DNA of 64,000 nucleotides from Cycas panzhihuaensis. Lineage: Eukaryota > Plantae > Cycadophyta. Location: assembly GCA_023213395.1 (NCBI GenBank), contig CM041465.1, forward strand, positions 115,079,741 through 115,143,740, in the 5' to 3' direction. Positions 42,858 to 57,900 of this stretch are shown one piece after another (the first letter of the stretch is position 1; each line of letters begins with the position of its first letter). The position numbers and the translations under genes are program-made. A model generated the notes under the pieces. That model was given only the letters and a program-made list of their open reading frames with translations. It made no database searches and was not told where the DNA came from.

Positions 42858-44041
42858 TCCCTCTTAATGTTTATATCATCAATTTTAAAACTAATATATA
42901 ATCTAAATTTATCAAACTTATCTCTAGATATAGATTTGGTGAAAATATTAGCAACTTGCTCTTCTGTTGGTCAGTATAAAAGTTTGACCTCTTCATTCTA
43001 GATCTATTCCCTAATAAAATAATGATGTATTTCAATGTGTTTAGTGCATTCATGGAATATCAAATTCTTAGAAATCTTTAAAGTACTTTAATTATCACAG
43101 TACAAAGTAATTACCTCTTCTTAACGTAGTCCCAAATTACCAAGCACCTACCTTAACTAAATGGCCTCACAAGTAGCTATAACAATAGCTTTATACTCTA
43201 CCTTAGTAGATGATAAAATGACATTAGGCTATTTTTTACTACTCTAAGTGATAACAATAGAACCCATACTAAAGCAGTAACCTGAAGTAGATCATCTACT
43301 ATCTTCAGAACTAGCCCAATTAGAATCTAAATATCTTGTTAGTCTAAAAATATCATTTTGGCTAAACTTCAATCCAAATTATAGTGTTCCCTGCAAATAT
43401 CTTAAGATCCTCTCTATAGATTTCTAATGGCTCTACTTTAACTCAATCATAAACCTTAATACTAATATGACGGTAAAAGAGATCTTTGGCCTTGTAGTAG
43501 TTAAGTAAACTAAGCTCCTAAATAACTATTTGAATAATAAGCTATTAACTCATTCATCATCATCATCTATAGCTATTAACTTTTAAACATTTTTCTATGA
43601 GAGTATGAGCAAGTTTATAATCTTTTATTTTAAATTTCTTTGGAATTTCCCATGCATACATAGACTATGAAATAAATATTTTTCTAGGATTTTGCCATAC
43701 TTTCACTCCTAAAAAGTAGTAGAGCAATCTGGAATCTATCATTTTAAATGTCTCTTTAAGATTAATTTTTAGTCTTTCAATCTTTGAGGTGTTGTTCCAT
43801 ATGATCACTAAATCATCTATACACATTACCATAAATATGACTAAATTTTCTTGGAGTTTAATACATAGGTTTAGATATATAAGAGATCTCTCAAACCATT
43901 GTCCAATAAATATTAATTAATCTTGGAATATCAGGCTCTTAGAGCCTATTTAAGACTATACAATGCATTCTTTAAGTGACATACTGAATGCTATTTACCT
44001 TTATTAATATATCTAGGTGGTTGCCCCATATAAACCTCTTT
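42858..44041 (-). pseudogene. Element F: degenerate Copia RT-RNase H remnant with PPT, interrupted by element G
   Basis: Minus strand reads EVYMGQPP, VDDLVI, DSNWAS, STSGYCF, YCDN, ECTKHIEIHHYFIRE, EEQVANIFTK. PPT complement 'atccctcttaat' at ~42857-42869. Confidence 0.85.
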
Positions 44042-47000
44042 TGTGGTTTACAATAAGCCAACCAAGGTGAAGGGGATTACCTAAGCCAATGAAGAGAGGT
44101 ATGAAACCACTTACCACTTGATGGGTGGATCTCCAAAGCTTCCTTGTAGCCCTTAATTAAGATCTCCCAAAGTTACTCTTTGATGTTGGGAAGCATGCTA
44201 GTTACATAGAAGAGGAATAGAAGTCACAATAATATTCCAACAATATTTCAGTATTATGAGAAGAGAAGAAGATCACAGATGCCTTACCATCAAATTAAAG
44301 AGTCTTTATAGACAAAAATAAGGTGAGGGGGTGGTGGTTTCATGCCCATAATGTAGAGAAACCACCACTCAAAACTAAGGTTTGAATCAAAAGAAGAGCT
44401 CAAATCTTAAAAAAATTTCAGTAAAAAAGTCATTTGGAGGTCTAGTGGGAGTTTCAAAGGGTACGATGAGCTTCTCTAGGTTGACATGGCATGGTGAGTG
44501 CACTAAATAAGGTGACCAAAAAGTTGTTTGGTTATTGGAGATATAGTCAGGTCACTAAATAGTTATACCACTACCAAAGTTATAATACCATAGATTTGGA
44601 TGTGATATTATAAATTTATCCATAGTACCATAGATTTGTCTGTAGTACCATAGATTTCTTTATGATACCATGATCTATAATAAAAATAGATATAGGATGA
44701 TAACAAAAAAGAAAATTGAAGCCCAAAACTTATCCTAAGGCTACTCTAACTCCTAAAAACAGGCCCTAAGGTCTAAAAATAATAGGTAACTGATGGGTGT
44801 GAAGAGAAAATAAGGCTAACAAGAAAAGGATTAGGTTAAAAGATGAGTTACAGGGCCATAGGAAGGTCCCCGTTTCTAACTAATCAACCAATGGAGGGAT
44901 ATAAGGCCATCAGACTAAAGTGCTAGTTACATGAAGGTAGATGTAAGCAAGCCAAATATACAAAGAGGCAAGCATCTAATAACTAATAAAATACATGTTG
45001 TAAGAACAATATAAGCAATGTGATGGAGGTGAAGAAGCATACTTATACTTACCTATGTTGTTGTGTCGATGCCATTCCTAGAAGCTGAGAAACATTGCCT
45101 CCTTAGCAGTAGTTCCTCTTCACTCTAAAGCTTGGAAGATGGTGAATGTTATCAATACTGATGTGAGATATAAGCTATAAACTAGTATGTATATGTGACG
45201 AGGGGCAATGTCTGCCATAGTGATATCTTGTTAGCAGATAATTAGAGGTGCATAAACCTAAAAGCTCCTCGAATAGGTGAGGGGATACCCAAGGAATACT
45301 CTAGGATGAAAGAACATCAATAAATGAAAAGAGGTGCAGTCACTATAGTTCATAGGTTTCAGAGCGTTAAGGAAGCTTCCACATCATGATGAAGCTTCCA
45401 AAGGAAAACATATAAACAAGGGTTATCACCATAATTTTACCTTGTTAGTAAATGCCCCTTATAAGTAAGGCTAAGGGGGGATTGACTCCATAGAGAAGAG
45501 ACTGAATAGGTGGCCGAATAAGCCAAAAGATAGTTGTTTATCAATGGCAAGCAAGGTTCTAAGATAAAGTTGAATAAGTTATCATCTTCAATGTTAAGTT
45601 TGTGTGGGATATAATGAATATCAACAAAAGCAAACGTATCCAAAATGGACTTAGTTGTTATAGCTAGGAACCTTAAACATGGATAATGGATCAATAAACC
45701 TACATGAGTTGAGATATAACTATCTTAGAGTCACAACCTATGGTGATAAGATTACGATGGACACGAAGTACATCCAATAATACCTCTATGATGATAATGT
45801 ACTCTACCTTGTTATTGGTAGCATTAGGTAAGGCACTCTAGATCACATGAGGGTATACCCATGATAATCCTAAATAACTTATGTAGTAGCAAATGACCTA
45901 AGATTTCGATGACTACTCCCATCAATATGGATAATCAAAGACTCACCATCCAATTTATGGGTAGGGGTAGATGGGAAAATATCATAAAAGGTAGGCTCGT
46001 CATGAGGCAATGATGGCTTATCCTTGTAATCAGAATCATGAGTAGAAGGAACTCGATCGAAACCAAGTCATCATGCATGTAAAGGACCTGACACACATAA
46101 GATCTCATTATGAGATGATGGAACTTAGATTAGATGGTCCTTAACACTTTATGAGAGCCCGAGCTATATGGTAGTAGTGTATACATAAATAACACATTGG
46201 TGGGTATGCCTCCATGTGGTGGCTTAGGTAAAACATAAAGGTGGGTGCTAACTTAAACTCAATAACCCAAAAGAATTATCAAGGGTCCTTAGAGGAGGAC
46301 TGAAACTAGAGGAAGGATCCTCGTGGAGGGCTTCCCTAGGTGTATGAGATATTAGAGTGATAAGTCATAGAGGAGGTTCATGACCATTGTTATCTAACTC
46401 AGGGTCATTCATGATAGCTAGGTGGCCATAACTACCTATGCCAATAAGGGTGAACTTAACTAGATTAGGTTCTAGTTGAGAAGGGGTTCATCCTAATAAG
46501 GGTTAGGCCCTTAAAAAAAATTTTCTAAAGAGGGAAGAGGCTCATTAGGGTTGCTATCTTTGGCATTGAAGATAACATGATAAGTAGGAGGAGATGTACG
46601 AGAGTGGGGGAGTTCATAAATAATAACCTTGACTTGTTATTTATAGATAAATTTGAGTTACCCCTATCATGAGGAGTAGATAGCTCTGATTTGAATGGTC
46701 TTCCTCTCTAAGATGAGCAGGAGAGTAACCATCCCTAAGGGAGAATTATCGCTCCCATCACACCCTTAACATTTTTAAGAAATGGGCTTGAGAGATTCTA
46801 TGTTGAGCTTGTCTATCATTCGCAGAGGGATAGTATTGACTGAGGAACTATTATCTATGATGGTACTCTTTAAAGTAAAATTAGGAGTGTTAATGGTAAT
46901 GACAAATGGGTAATGCTAATAATATTCCCATTTGCTAGGAGGTAAGAGATTTTGAGGGTCAAATTAGATGGTAGGGGGCCTACAAGAGGTAGTTCCTACA

Positions 47001-50000
47001 ATGTAGATGGGAGCATCTCATTGACCAAGAGCTTCTAGAAGAAGAGTATGTTGCTCAAGTGAAATCCAAAAGATGTCCATCATGGATATTTCTACGGAAA
47101 CTAAGTGCAACTCTATAATAATAGAGAATACCTTCTCCTTTCTTGTGGGCTACAGAAGAGTCCTAAATAAAGGAAGGATGGATTTAAGGAATAAATCATT
47201 TACATACACACAATGGTAATGGAGAATGAAAAAGAGATAAAAATAAGATATGAGAGAAAAGCTTAGAGGTGAGAATGAATAATGACTCCCTCCTTGAGAT
47301 TTTGCCTATTATTATTGAGGGTGAGCATTAGGGTTAGGACTTTCTTGCCTAATGATATGAACCCAAAATTATATCTAAATACATATAAAGCACATTTCAC
47401 TAAGAGACTAATGTTAACAATATATCCTAAGGTCACTTAATCTACACAAATGACCTTAATATATTAACCTCTTTTAATCCCCCTCTTAATGGTGGAAGGT
47501 CATTTTGAGAAAATTTATTATATAAGGTCTTCATTTAAGTCTCATTATTACATTGAAATTCTAAATGATACTTTTGTAAGAAAACCCTTATAGAAAATAA
47601 AATCCTACAGACTTTCTAAGATCTATAGCCCTTTTTATATATCAAAATGGATAAGGTGGCTCTTGATGTAGCCTGATAGCCAACTGGATTAAATGTGAAA
47701 CTTGATCTACTAACTCTCCATACACTATTTGGTCATCCCCTAGGCCTTTTCAAGTTTTCATAGGTTCTAATTTTCTAAACCTAGTATAACCCTTATCCTT
47801 CTATACCCACATGGAGTTTTTATAAATAGGATAGAGAAGAGACTTACTCTTATTCTTCTTCACCTACAAGGGGTTTTCATGAATATAATAGAGTATGATG
47901 ATCTTGTTGTCATCTTCTTTGATCAGTCGAAGATAGAGGCCTTAAGATCAAGCTACCTTCAAAATTGTTTAAACTTCACCTTTTGCAGTAGTTTGGTGAA
48001 GATGTTGACTACTTGATCTACTATGGGGTAGTATTCTAGTTGAATTATGCCATCATAAATAAGTTCTCTAATCCTATGGACTTTTATACTTATGTGTTTA
48101 GTATGATCATAAAATCCAAGATTTTTTGCCATGTAGATTATTGATTGATTATCCACATAAAGGTTGGTACTACTTATTTGGGTGATATTCAATGTTTTTA
48201 ATAATTTTCTAAGCTATATCACCTCTTTTCTAGTCTTAGAAGTAGCAATGTATTCAACTTTAGTAGTTGAATTAACAACTATCTTCTATCGTCTAGATCT
48301 CCATGGTATTGGTTCTATTCTAAGAAATGTTACAAACTTAGATGTAGATCTTCCTATATCTTTATCTCATGCAAAGTCTAAGTCTCTATATGTAGAAAGC
48401 TTAAATTCATTATTAGGTTCATAAAATAGACCAAATTTACTAGTTCTCTTTAGGTATTTTGACACTTGAATTGTAGTCTACCAGTGATTCTACTTAGGAT
48501 TTGTCATGAATCATGTAAGAATGCTGATAGAGTGTACAATATTTGAGCTTATATTGGTAGTGTAGATAAGACTACCTATAGGTTTCCTATAGAGTGTTGC
48601 ATCTGCCTCCCTAATATCGCCATCAGCTGAGAGTTTGGTATTAGGGTTCATAAGTAAAGCCATTAGTTGAGTATTTTCTAATTGAAACTTGGTTAGAAGA
48701 TTATTGATGTATTTTTCTTGGGAGAGAAAAAATTTTCTATTCTTTTATGTTACTTCAATTCCTAAGTAATATTTTATTAAACCAAGATCAAATAATTCAA
48801 ATATTTTGCTAAGGTCTTTTTTCAACTAATTTATTGCTTCTTTACTATTACCTGTTATTAGCATGTCATCCACAAAGATTATGAGATAAGTGACTTTATC
48901 TTTTTGGTGCTTGATAAACTATGTTGCATCAATATTTTGGTAGTCATAATCCTTGTATCTAAGTTATGTCATTCTTTCAGACAACTTGGTAAACCAAGCA
49001 TGAGGGGCTCATTTAAAGCTATACAAGGACTTTCTGAGCCTACGTACCTTATGCTCTTGACCTTTGATCTTTTCTACTTTTGATTAAGCCATATAAATTT
49101 CTTCTTGAAGATCCCCATTAAGAAATGCGGTCTTAATATTGAGCTAGTAGATTTCCCAACCCTATTAAGTAGCAAAGGCCACAAGAGTTTTAATTGCAGG
49201 CCACTTGGTTATATATACAAAGACTTTAGTGTAGTCAATGCCTTCCCTTTGTATGAATATTTTAGCTACCAACATCGCCTTATATTTTTTAAGGGTGTCA
49301 TCTGATCTATATTTAATTTTGAACATCTATTTATTTTAAACTACCTTTTTGCCAAGTGGTAGATTAAGAGGCTCCCATGTACCATTTTTTATAAGAGATT
49401 GGTATTTTTCATTTATTCTATTTCTTCAAACTATATGTTTTATAGCTTCCTGGTATGAGAGGGGCTCTTCATTAAGAGTAAGATGTAGTTCTGGTAGTTC
49501 AAGCTCATTATATAATGATTATTGCATCCTTGTTCTATGGGTACTTTGAGTGCTAGTTTTGCCCACCTCATCTGGTCATATATCCTTATTGAGCTAGCAG
49601 GCTTTAAGAGATCCTCGAGTTGGGAATGAGGTCCTTATTTCCTCAACTTTTTAGTTCTCATATTATTCATTAAAATGATCATTTTATAAGGAAGATGTTG
49701 ATGTACCTGAGAAAGATGGTTCTTCTACCACTGTTTTGCCTTTATCAATTGAAGGTAGAGAGGATTATTATTCTATAATAGCTTTGACTTTATTAACTCT
49801 ACTATCTTCAAAGGATAGTGCTAGATGTGAACTCATTAGTTTAGAGTAATAATTTATATCCTTCAAGACTCTATTGTCAACTTCCAATATTTGGAGTAAT
49901 TTATGTATGTCCTCCCCTCTTAAAATTTGGAATCTAAATATCATACTTGATAACATCATTATAGCAGTATAAGGATATTTTAGAGTCCAATCTAAGTAAT

Positions 50001-53000
50001 TAATCCTCTATCTCCACAAAAGTAACATCTCTAGTAATGATGATTTTTTGTTATAAAGGTATAAAGACCTTATACCTTTTCTTATCTATAGGATATCCAA
50101 CAAAGATGCCTTTAAGTGTCATTGACTAAAGTTTATTTCAATCTACTTCTAGAATGTGGGCATAGCATATAGAGCCAAAAATTTTAAAGTAGTGAATAAT
50201 GGGGGCTTGTCCTAACCACTTTTTATCAGGTGATTGTCCTTCCTTTAATGGGCTAACAACATTGACACAATAAATGATTATCCAGATAGCTCCGACCCAT
50301 AGGTAGGTAGGTATATTTTTGTATGCCAATATAGCTCTAGCCATGTTCATGATTATCCTATTCATGTACTTAGTAACTCCATTTTGCTATAGGGTACCTA
50401 TTACTATTGTTTGATGTTTGATACCATTATCTTGAAGGTATCTTTCAAACTCATACGAGGCATATTCACCACTATTATCAGTTTGAAAACATTTGAGTTG
50501 ATAGCCCAACGTTTTTTCAATGTAGGCTTTGAATTCTTTGAATACATGAAAGGCTTCATCTTTGTTAGCGATTTGAATAACTCCTTCAATATTTGAGCCA
50601 AATATTTGATATAGATTGTAATTGCATGTTATATATTGAGTTACTCTTGTGTCCATAATCCAGTATCCATTGGTTAAAGTAATACTATTTATAATTCCAA
50701 TAGGACTTGACATTGGTGAAGGGAATTCACAAGTGATATATCCACATCATGCTTTAAAGTATCTCTATGGTTAGTTAATGGCATTTGATGCTAAAGATCC
50801 TTCAATTATTTAAAAGTATGTTTGTACAAAACCTATACCACTAAATGATTCTCCATAAGTTTCTTCAATATTGTGAGCTCTATGTTTTAGTTGGAACTTG
50901 GCCAACTTCTAAGTGGTGGTTCTGTAATCTTTTATAAAGTGTCCTTTACAGTTACACCGATCACACATAATCGTTTGATTTCCAATCCTTGAAGAGGTAT
51001 TGGTTTGTCCTGACTATCTTAGTTTTTTTTGAGGTGGCCCTTGGCCTTCAGACTAATGAGGCTGTGACTGAGGGTTTGGTTGATCTTATGGATAATTTTC
51101 CATGTTTCTTCCTCTTCCTCTTACTAAGTTATTTCCTTTGCTATGAGAAGGACCTTGATTCCTTTTATAGCAAGCTTTTTCATCCACATCAAAGGCTGCA
51201 TCTAGAAGAGAGTTAGAGGCTATAAAGTTAGTATCGAAGGTCTTATCAAATTCTATAAACTTCTTGACAAGTGCTTCGAAGTTGAGTATCTTCAATGTTC
51301 TACTAGATGGAAGACTTCTAAGCAAGCTTTTATAATCAAGGATATGTAGATATGATTGGATCAAGAATGCCCAAGTAATACATTAAGTCTTAAAATCTTT
51401 GTTAATTACCTATTTTATTGGTCAAAGGAGATTTATTGTCTCATGAACATGCCCTTTCTACATTTTTAATTTGTTTATTTTTAGAATAAGATGAACAAAT
51501 TCTAAATCTGACTTGGTATCAAAGTTCTTCTTGAGAACTTCAAGGACCTTCTAGGCTGTATCATGTTACTCTTCATTAATTAAGTTATGTAAGGAGTAAT
51601 TAGTAATCACTAGAATTCTTGCATAAATCTTTTCATCATTTATCTCCTATTATAGTTTGGCTATGGCATCTGTAGGAGCTATTGGAGTGGTTCTACTGGA
51701 AGTAGGTGTTATACCTTGTAGGTATGATGGGTATATGCTACAAATGGGCTCTCCAAAGGCCTTCATACTTTGTAATATTTTTAACTCTTATGTACCATAA
51801 ATCCCAATTTCTTTGCCTTCCTATATGCATTTGACATTCTACTTGAATTAAGATGACATGGTGATGACGAAGAACTAGAAGAGATGATAGGAGTATGTAC
51901 TATTGACATGTGTGCCTAGTACACCTAACATAATAGGGATATAGAAATAAATGCTATGATAAGAAGGTAAGCAATAATTAAGTAATTTTTAATAACTATG
52001 AAGAATGAGTATAAGAAATGATGCAAGAATGTGGCCTAATATAGAGCTGGCAAAGAGTGATGATGTGTCATACCACTAACCTCTAACTTATATCCAAATG
52101 TAGGTGAGGTTTCGATGCCTAAGGCTTCTAATATATGATTAGGGCCTTTACTTATGATACTTGCACCTACACTTAGTGATAAAATCCAAGTCACAATAGA
52201 GCATAAGTACTCCTAGTCATCACCTAGTTTACTAGTGAGCAACTATATACCTCCTTTGAAGAGTCAAACGATATGTGCGTATCCCACAACTATGACAGAT
52301 ATTAGACTGGGTCAATTTTAATCTTGCATTAAGGTTTTAGTTGTCCTGAATGGTATTAGGATAATCCCTGAATGGAGCTTATAGGTATGGCTAACCTATT
52401 ATTCTACTAGTATTCTAGTTAAGACCATACCCAATATGAAACTTATATCTCCCTTAGGGCTCAGACTTCAGCTAACTGTGGTCTATTTCAACCAAGGTAA
52501 TTATGTGCATAAGTCAAGAACTGGTGGTATAAATTGAACATAATGGGTTTATTTAGGGAATATAAAAATATGCTTGCATTTATGTTGTATGAAATGAATT
52601 ACTAATGTGCTAATGCTTGCTTTTATGCTTTTGCCTATCAATGTGCATGCACATGAACAAATATACAAAGATGCTAAATATAAACACTATATTTTGCTAT
52701 AGTCTAGGTGTTTTACTATTACAATGATTTTTTTTTTGCTTTTTCTATTTGAAAAACCTATTCTTTTTTGTTGAGAAAAGGGAAAAAGTAAAAAACTTAA
52801 AATTTACTTCTAAACTTAAATTTTGACTAAGAGAGAAAGTACTAGGAAAAATGAGAGGAATCTGAATCTTCTATTAAAAAATTCTATATGGCTATGCAAC
52901 CATACGAAATGACTAAAACATTTCAACTCAAAACTTCACTCTTCTAAATGATAGATCTCACTATGGTAAGTCAAAAAATCTTCTGAAAAAACTTCTAAAA

Positions 53001-56000
53001 ATGAGCAAAAATAACACGAAACTCGTCAAAACTCTTATGAGACTTTCCTTGATAGAAATCTAAATTTTAAAGAAATCTTTCTATATTGGTGTATTAAATC
53101 TAATAAAACTTGATTTATTAGATTTCTTGAGGTTACATCTATTAAAACCCTCAAGAAATTTTAATAGGCATTGAAAATTTTTAGAATATTTCTTAAAAAA
53201 GCAGTTAGACTAGGGCCAACTGAACTTCTACTTTTTGAGGTTAATCAAGGTAGAATTTACAGATGGTGTAGAAGATAAAAATATTTATCTTGTTTGGGTA
53301 TCCCTCTCTATAAATTTTTAGCCAAAATAGATAACTTTTAATTTTCAACTCTCGTAGGGCTAAACAACATTTTTCTAAATAGTTTAGGGTTATTTCATTT
53401 ATGCTCTATAACTTTACAACATATATTTTATAACTAACAATTAATTTATGATGAAAAATCAATAGAATCTAATTTAAAAAAAATTAAAATTAGCTACAAA
53501 TATTGATAAAAAGACTAAATTGTTTTGAGGAGCTTAAAGCTAAGAAACCTTCTTCTAGCTAACAGCTTTGATCCTTAATACATCTACAAATAAATAGAGG
53601 ATATTAAAATATGCTATAAATTAAATACAAGATTTTCATAATAAAAAAGTTCTTAAAATTTTGAAAATAATTAGTACACTCTCAATACTTCACATTAAAG
53701 GTGAAGGAGAGGTAAAATGACTTCATGCAAGTGGAATGGAGTGAATATCAAGATTCCTTTCTAGCTCTAATACCACATGAAGGAATGATGGATCTAGGAA
53801 ATAAATCATTCACATGCATACAATAGCAATAGAGAATGAAAAAGAGATGAAAACAAGATATGAGAGTAAAGCTTAGAGGTGGGAATAAAAAATGACTCTC
53901 TCTTTAAGATTTTGCCTTTTATTATTAAGGGTGGACATTAGGGTTAGGATTTTTTCGACTAATGACATGAACTTAAAATTATATTTAAATGTATATTAAG
54001 TATATTTCAATAAGAGACTAATGTCAATAATATATTCTAAGGCCACTTAATTTATTTACATAAATGACTTTGATACATTAACCTCTTTCACTGAAATCAT
54101 AACACTTGGGGTGTATGGAAATATTCTTTAGAACAACAAGGATCTCTATTAGAAGAACATCTATAAGGGGTTGTTGTTGAGAAGAGGAGGCTTTACCAAC
54201 CTCCTTGGTGGCTTAGAACTATGTGACTGGGTATATTGGGGTAGTCTCAAATAACTAAATGACCTTCCTGTCCTTATTCTTAAAATAAGAAGAAGAGGGA
54301 TGTTGAGTTATAGGGCTAGAAGGAGGAGAGGGATTAGTAGGGGCTTTGTCTTTAGCTTGATTTAAAGGAGGAGGAGGACTTTGCTTTCTATTCTTTACTC
54401 TCCTATTTTAAGGAGAATAATATCATTCCTTATGGTTGGGAAATGGGTCATAATAGATAGGATGCTTAAAGTTTGGATTGGAGACACCCTATAAAGGAGG
54501 CTCATGGGATAGAGCAAGCTTAAGATGTTACTTCCAACACTATAAATCATTATGGAAATACTTCCCATGCATGGAATAATGTTTCTTTTTAGGAGGGGAT
54601 TATGCCCCATTCTTTTGAGAAGTAGTATTAGTACCTGTAGATGAGGAGGTATTGGAGGTTTAATAGACAAGACATTGTGACTTAGGAGAGACCTCAGTTG
54701 GGTGCAACTTGAGGACTTTAACCATTCATTTAAAGGAGTGAATGGCTAAGGCAAGAGGATCTAGGATCTTATTAGTGGTGCTAGACAAAGGCCTAAAAAT
54801 AGGCTATTACCTATTTTAGTCACATGAGGGAGGGGATGCCTCATGACATTGTCATTGCTTGGGTAGCTTCTTGAGACTAGCTTGGATCTTAATAGCTTCC
54901 AATGCTAAGCATTTAGTTATGGCTAAATCATAAGAGGTCACTCCTATTTTTAGGACCTCAACATGCACCTCAGACCATAATGCATTAACAAAGAGTTCCC
55001 CCTTCAACTCTTTAGGCAACGTGGCTTTAGAACAGTGAAGGAGGCCACAGAACTACCGCATAAAATTATAGTTCAGTTCCTTAGGGCCTTATTTAAGTGA
55101 GAGTAGGTCTTTAACCCCACTCTCAAAAGGTTGAGCAACATTAAAATAGTTGATGAATTTATTAAATAACTACTGGAAGGTTGAGATAGAGTGAGTAGGA
55201 AGATGATAGAACTATTTGAGGGAATCTCCCTAAAGGGACCTATGAAAGAGTTTTATTAGAATATGGTCATAGGCCCAATAGTCTATGCATGCCATGGTGA
55301 ATGCCCTGGTATGCTCAGTTGGGTCATGAGAGGAGGTGCCATCAAACTTAGGCATCTTAAGAGGATGAGGTGGTAAGTTGGTTATTAGCATCTCGATGGA
55401 TAATGGGGTTTACCTATAATCAATTAAGGGATAGGCCTAAAGTTAGATTAGTGGGTCAACCAAAGAATAAAAGGATGTGATATAACAATGCCCATGACTA
55501 ACATTTGGTGAGTAAGAGGTGGAATTGTAAGGATAATACCCTTATTAGCAAGGGACATGGGAGGTAGGAGGGTAGGTTATCCCTCTTAGTAGACATGAGT
55601 ATGCGGTCCCCACATGAGGAATCATTGAGAAGGACATGGATGAGAGGTTTGTACTACATCTTAGGGGTAAGTCACATAAGGATGTAAGGGTTGAGGATAC
55701 ACTCCTACGGGAGTGGATAGGTAGATATATGAAGAAGGATATATGTAAGGCATAGAGTAAGGTTGATAAAATATAATATAAGGAATGGGGTTTTAACCAT
55801 ATAGACCCCTAAGGAGAGGGGAAACCCCATAAAGGTGAAGGGGATTAACACCATATATAGGAAGGGGATTTGATCCCCCATACCCCTAGGGTTGAGATGT
55901 GTACCCTAGAGGAATGTAAAGTGAAGGGTCTATAGTTTGTGGCCATTGATGAATGGAAGCCATGCTCTCATGTCCTGTATGGCATATAGAAAAGGGCAAC

Positions 56001-57900
56001 ATTAAAGGATAAGATAGGGTAGGTATAGTAATGGATTAGGGTATGTTTGTTGAAAGTGATGGTATACTTACCCCTGATCAAGGGATTTGTATACCTGAAG
56101 TGGCTAGTTGGCCAAGAGAGATATATATGGAAACATACCCTACTAGAACCACTTCTTGTAGGGTAGAAGAAGTGGAAGGGAGAGATGAAAGAGGGAGGAT
56201 GATGAAAGATAAGGGAGCCAAGGTTTAAAAGAGCCTATGCAACCACTTAGGGAGTGGTTGCATAGTTGTGACCTTGAAGCACTCCTATAAGGATTCAACT
56301 ACATCCCCATGAGAAGCGTGTGGATGGTCATAAGAGGTGGAATCCTCCCCTTGTTAACCAAAATAGGATGGATAGTTTAGGGGGATCCCTTTAGAGCATG
56401 AACTAGGATCCTTAGGTTAATAGCTTCCTATGACATACATAGAGAGCCATTAAGGGTCTTAATAACCTTTAATTGATTTAGTATGATAATATATAGGATT
56501 GTCACCAACTTGGGTAGGATCATAATGAGAAGAAGTAGCCTTAGGATGAGGCTAATCTGAAGTGAAAGGGTCATTAGCACAATTAGAAGGATAACCCTCT
56601 ATTCAAGACTCTTGGTCAAATGAGGGAATGTGGGAATAGATAAGCTTTACTTCATTAGGAGATAAGTCACGTAAGTGATGTGAAAAGCATTTCATCCATA
56701 GGTAAAACACTCTGCTTAAGGAGGTAGAGAAAATAAAAGAAAGAATGAAAGCAATAAACAAGATATATAAAACAAAGACACCCTAATAGGCCTTATGCAA
56801 AGGGAAAAAAGGTGTGGGAGAAAGCTAAAGGAAGCCTAAAGCATTATAACTAGTATTCTCTAATATGGTCACTAGTGAGATCACTCCTATCGGGGTACCA
56901 GAGATAATATACATTGCTAGGGGCTAGGTCTTGGGTGTGGAACCTAGTATGGGGGTGAAACAAAGTATCAGGTGGTTCTTGTAGGGGGATCATGCACCAT
57001 GTAGGTATGAATTTAGGAATGCACATGCATAATCCCTTCTCCTTTGCAACTAGGGTTTTAAGAGGAAAATGAATGGAGGTATGGTATGGTGATACACTTT
57101 CCCTTTCACACCATGGTTAGGTAAGTTCCCTTTGAAAGGGACCAATGTGGTATGGGAAAAGAGAGAAAATGAGAAGAAATGAAGAGGCCAAGTGGGGTGA
57201 GTCCTCTTAGTTGAATGGTAAGTGTAGGGCTTAGGCATGAAACCAAATAAAATAAGTGTGAGTAAAGGAGAGATAGAAATGAAGTTATGGAAGTAAATGA
57301 GAGAAGAAGATAATAAAGCAAAAGAAACCAAGCAAAAGATGAACCTTACTCTCATTCACTTTCTCTCTCTTTATTCCTCTATATTCTTGCTATGAAACAG
57401 AACTTTAACATAGTATGATAAGCATGAGATAAGGTAAGGAGTTCCTTTTGTGTATAACCCTACCCTGCTATAAATCCTTTCTTTCAACCCAAAAGAGAAA
57501 ATAAACCCCCTTTTAATAAATAAACCCTAATCCTTAACCTAAAGCCTTCACTTCCCTTATGTGTTCCTCTTATATGGGAAAGAAATAACAAGACAAGGGG
57601 GGGAAGAATTATTATACTAGGGAACAAAGAATAGGAATATTAACAAAGAGTAAAATAAATGAAGAAAAGGGAGAGTGGACTTTAGAGGATATGCACTTGG
57701 TCTAATGGTAGTTGATGATATTTCTTCTCTCAATCTTTCTTTAGTCTCCCTTGTCCTCTTTTAAAAACTCCCTTGTTGTGTGAAGAGGTGTGGGGGCTCC
57801 ACTTACTTATCCCAAATAAAAAGCAGTAAAAGAATGCTAAAAGAAAAGGAAACAGAAAGGAATGAAGCAAGAAGAAACCAAAATAAGATGCTTACCATGT
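44042..57900 (-). mobile_element. Element G: Tat-like Ty3/Gypsy element with GAG-PROT-aRH order and no detectable RT; interrupted by Copia H; right boundary uncertain
   Basis: Gag PPHPLKMPKFDG..HDPTEH...KLF..SL.GD.L.WFY.LP (54900-55380), protease IIDNSSSVNTIP (46600-46910), aRNase H IHIDGSS / ATNNKVEY / DSKIVISQ / HYIPHKLN (45500-45950). F sequence stops abruptly at TG 44042. Confidence 0.7.
47168..54090 (-). mobile_element. Element H: Ty1/Copia retrotransposon (LTRs 47168-47476 and 53778-54090) with degenerate gag-pol (~47940-51860)
   Basis: LTR pair aligns. TSD ctaaa/ctgaa. PBS complement 'gctctaatacca' at 53764-53775 and PPT complement 'atccccctctt' at 47477. RNase H (YVDNQS, HTKHI, VNIFTK), RT and INT (FQTDNSGEY) motifs on the minus strand. 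Confidence 0.92.
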
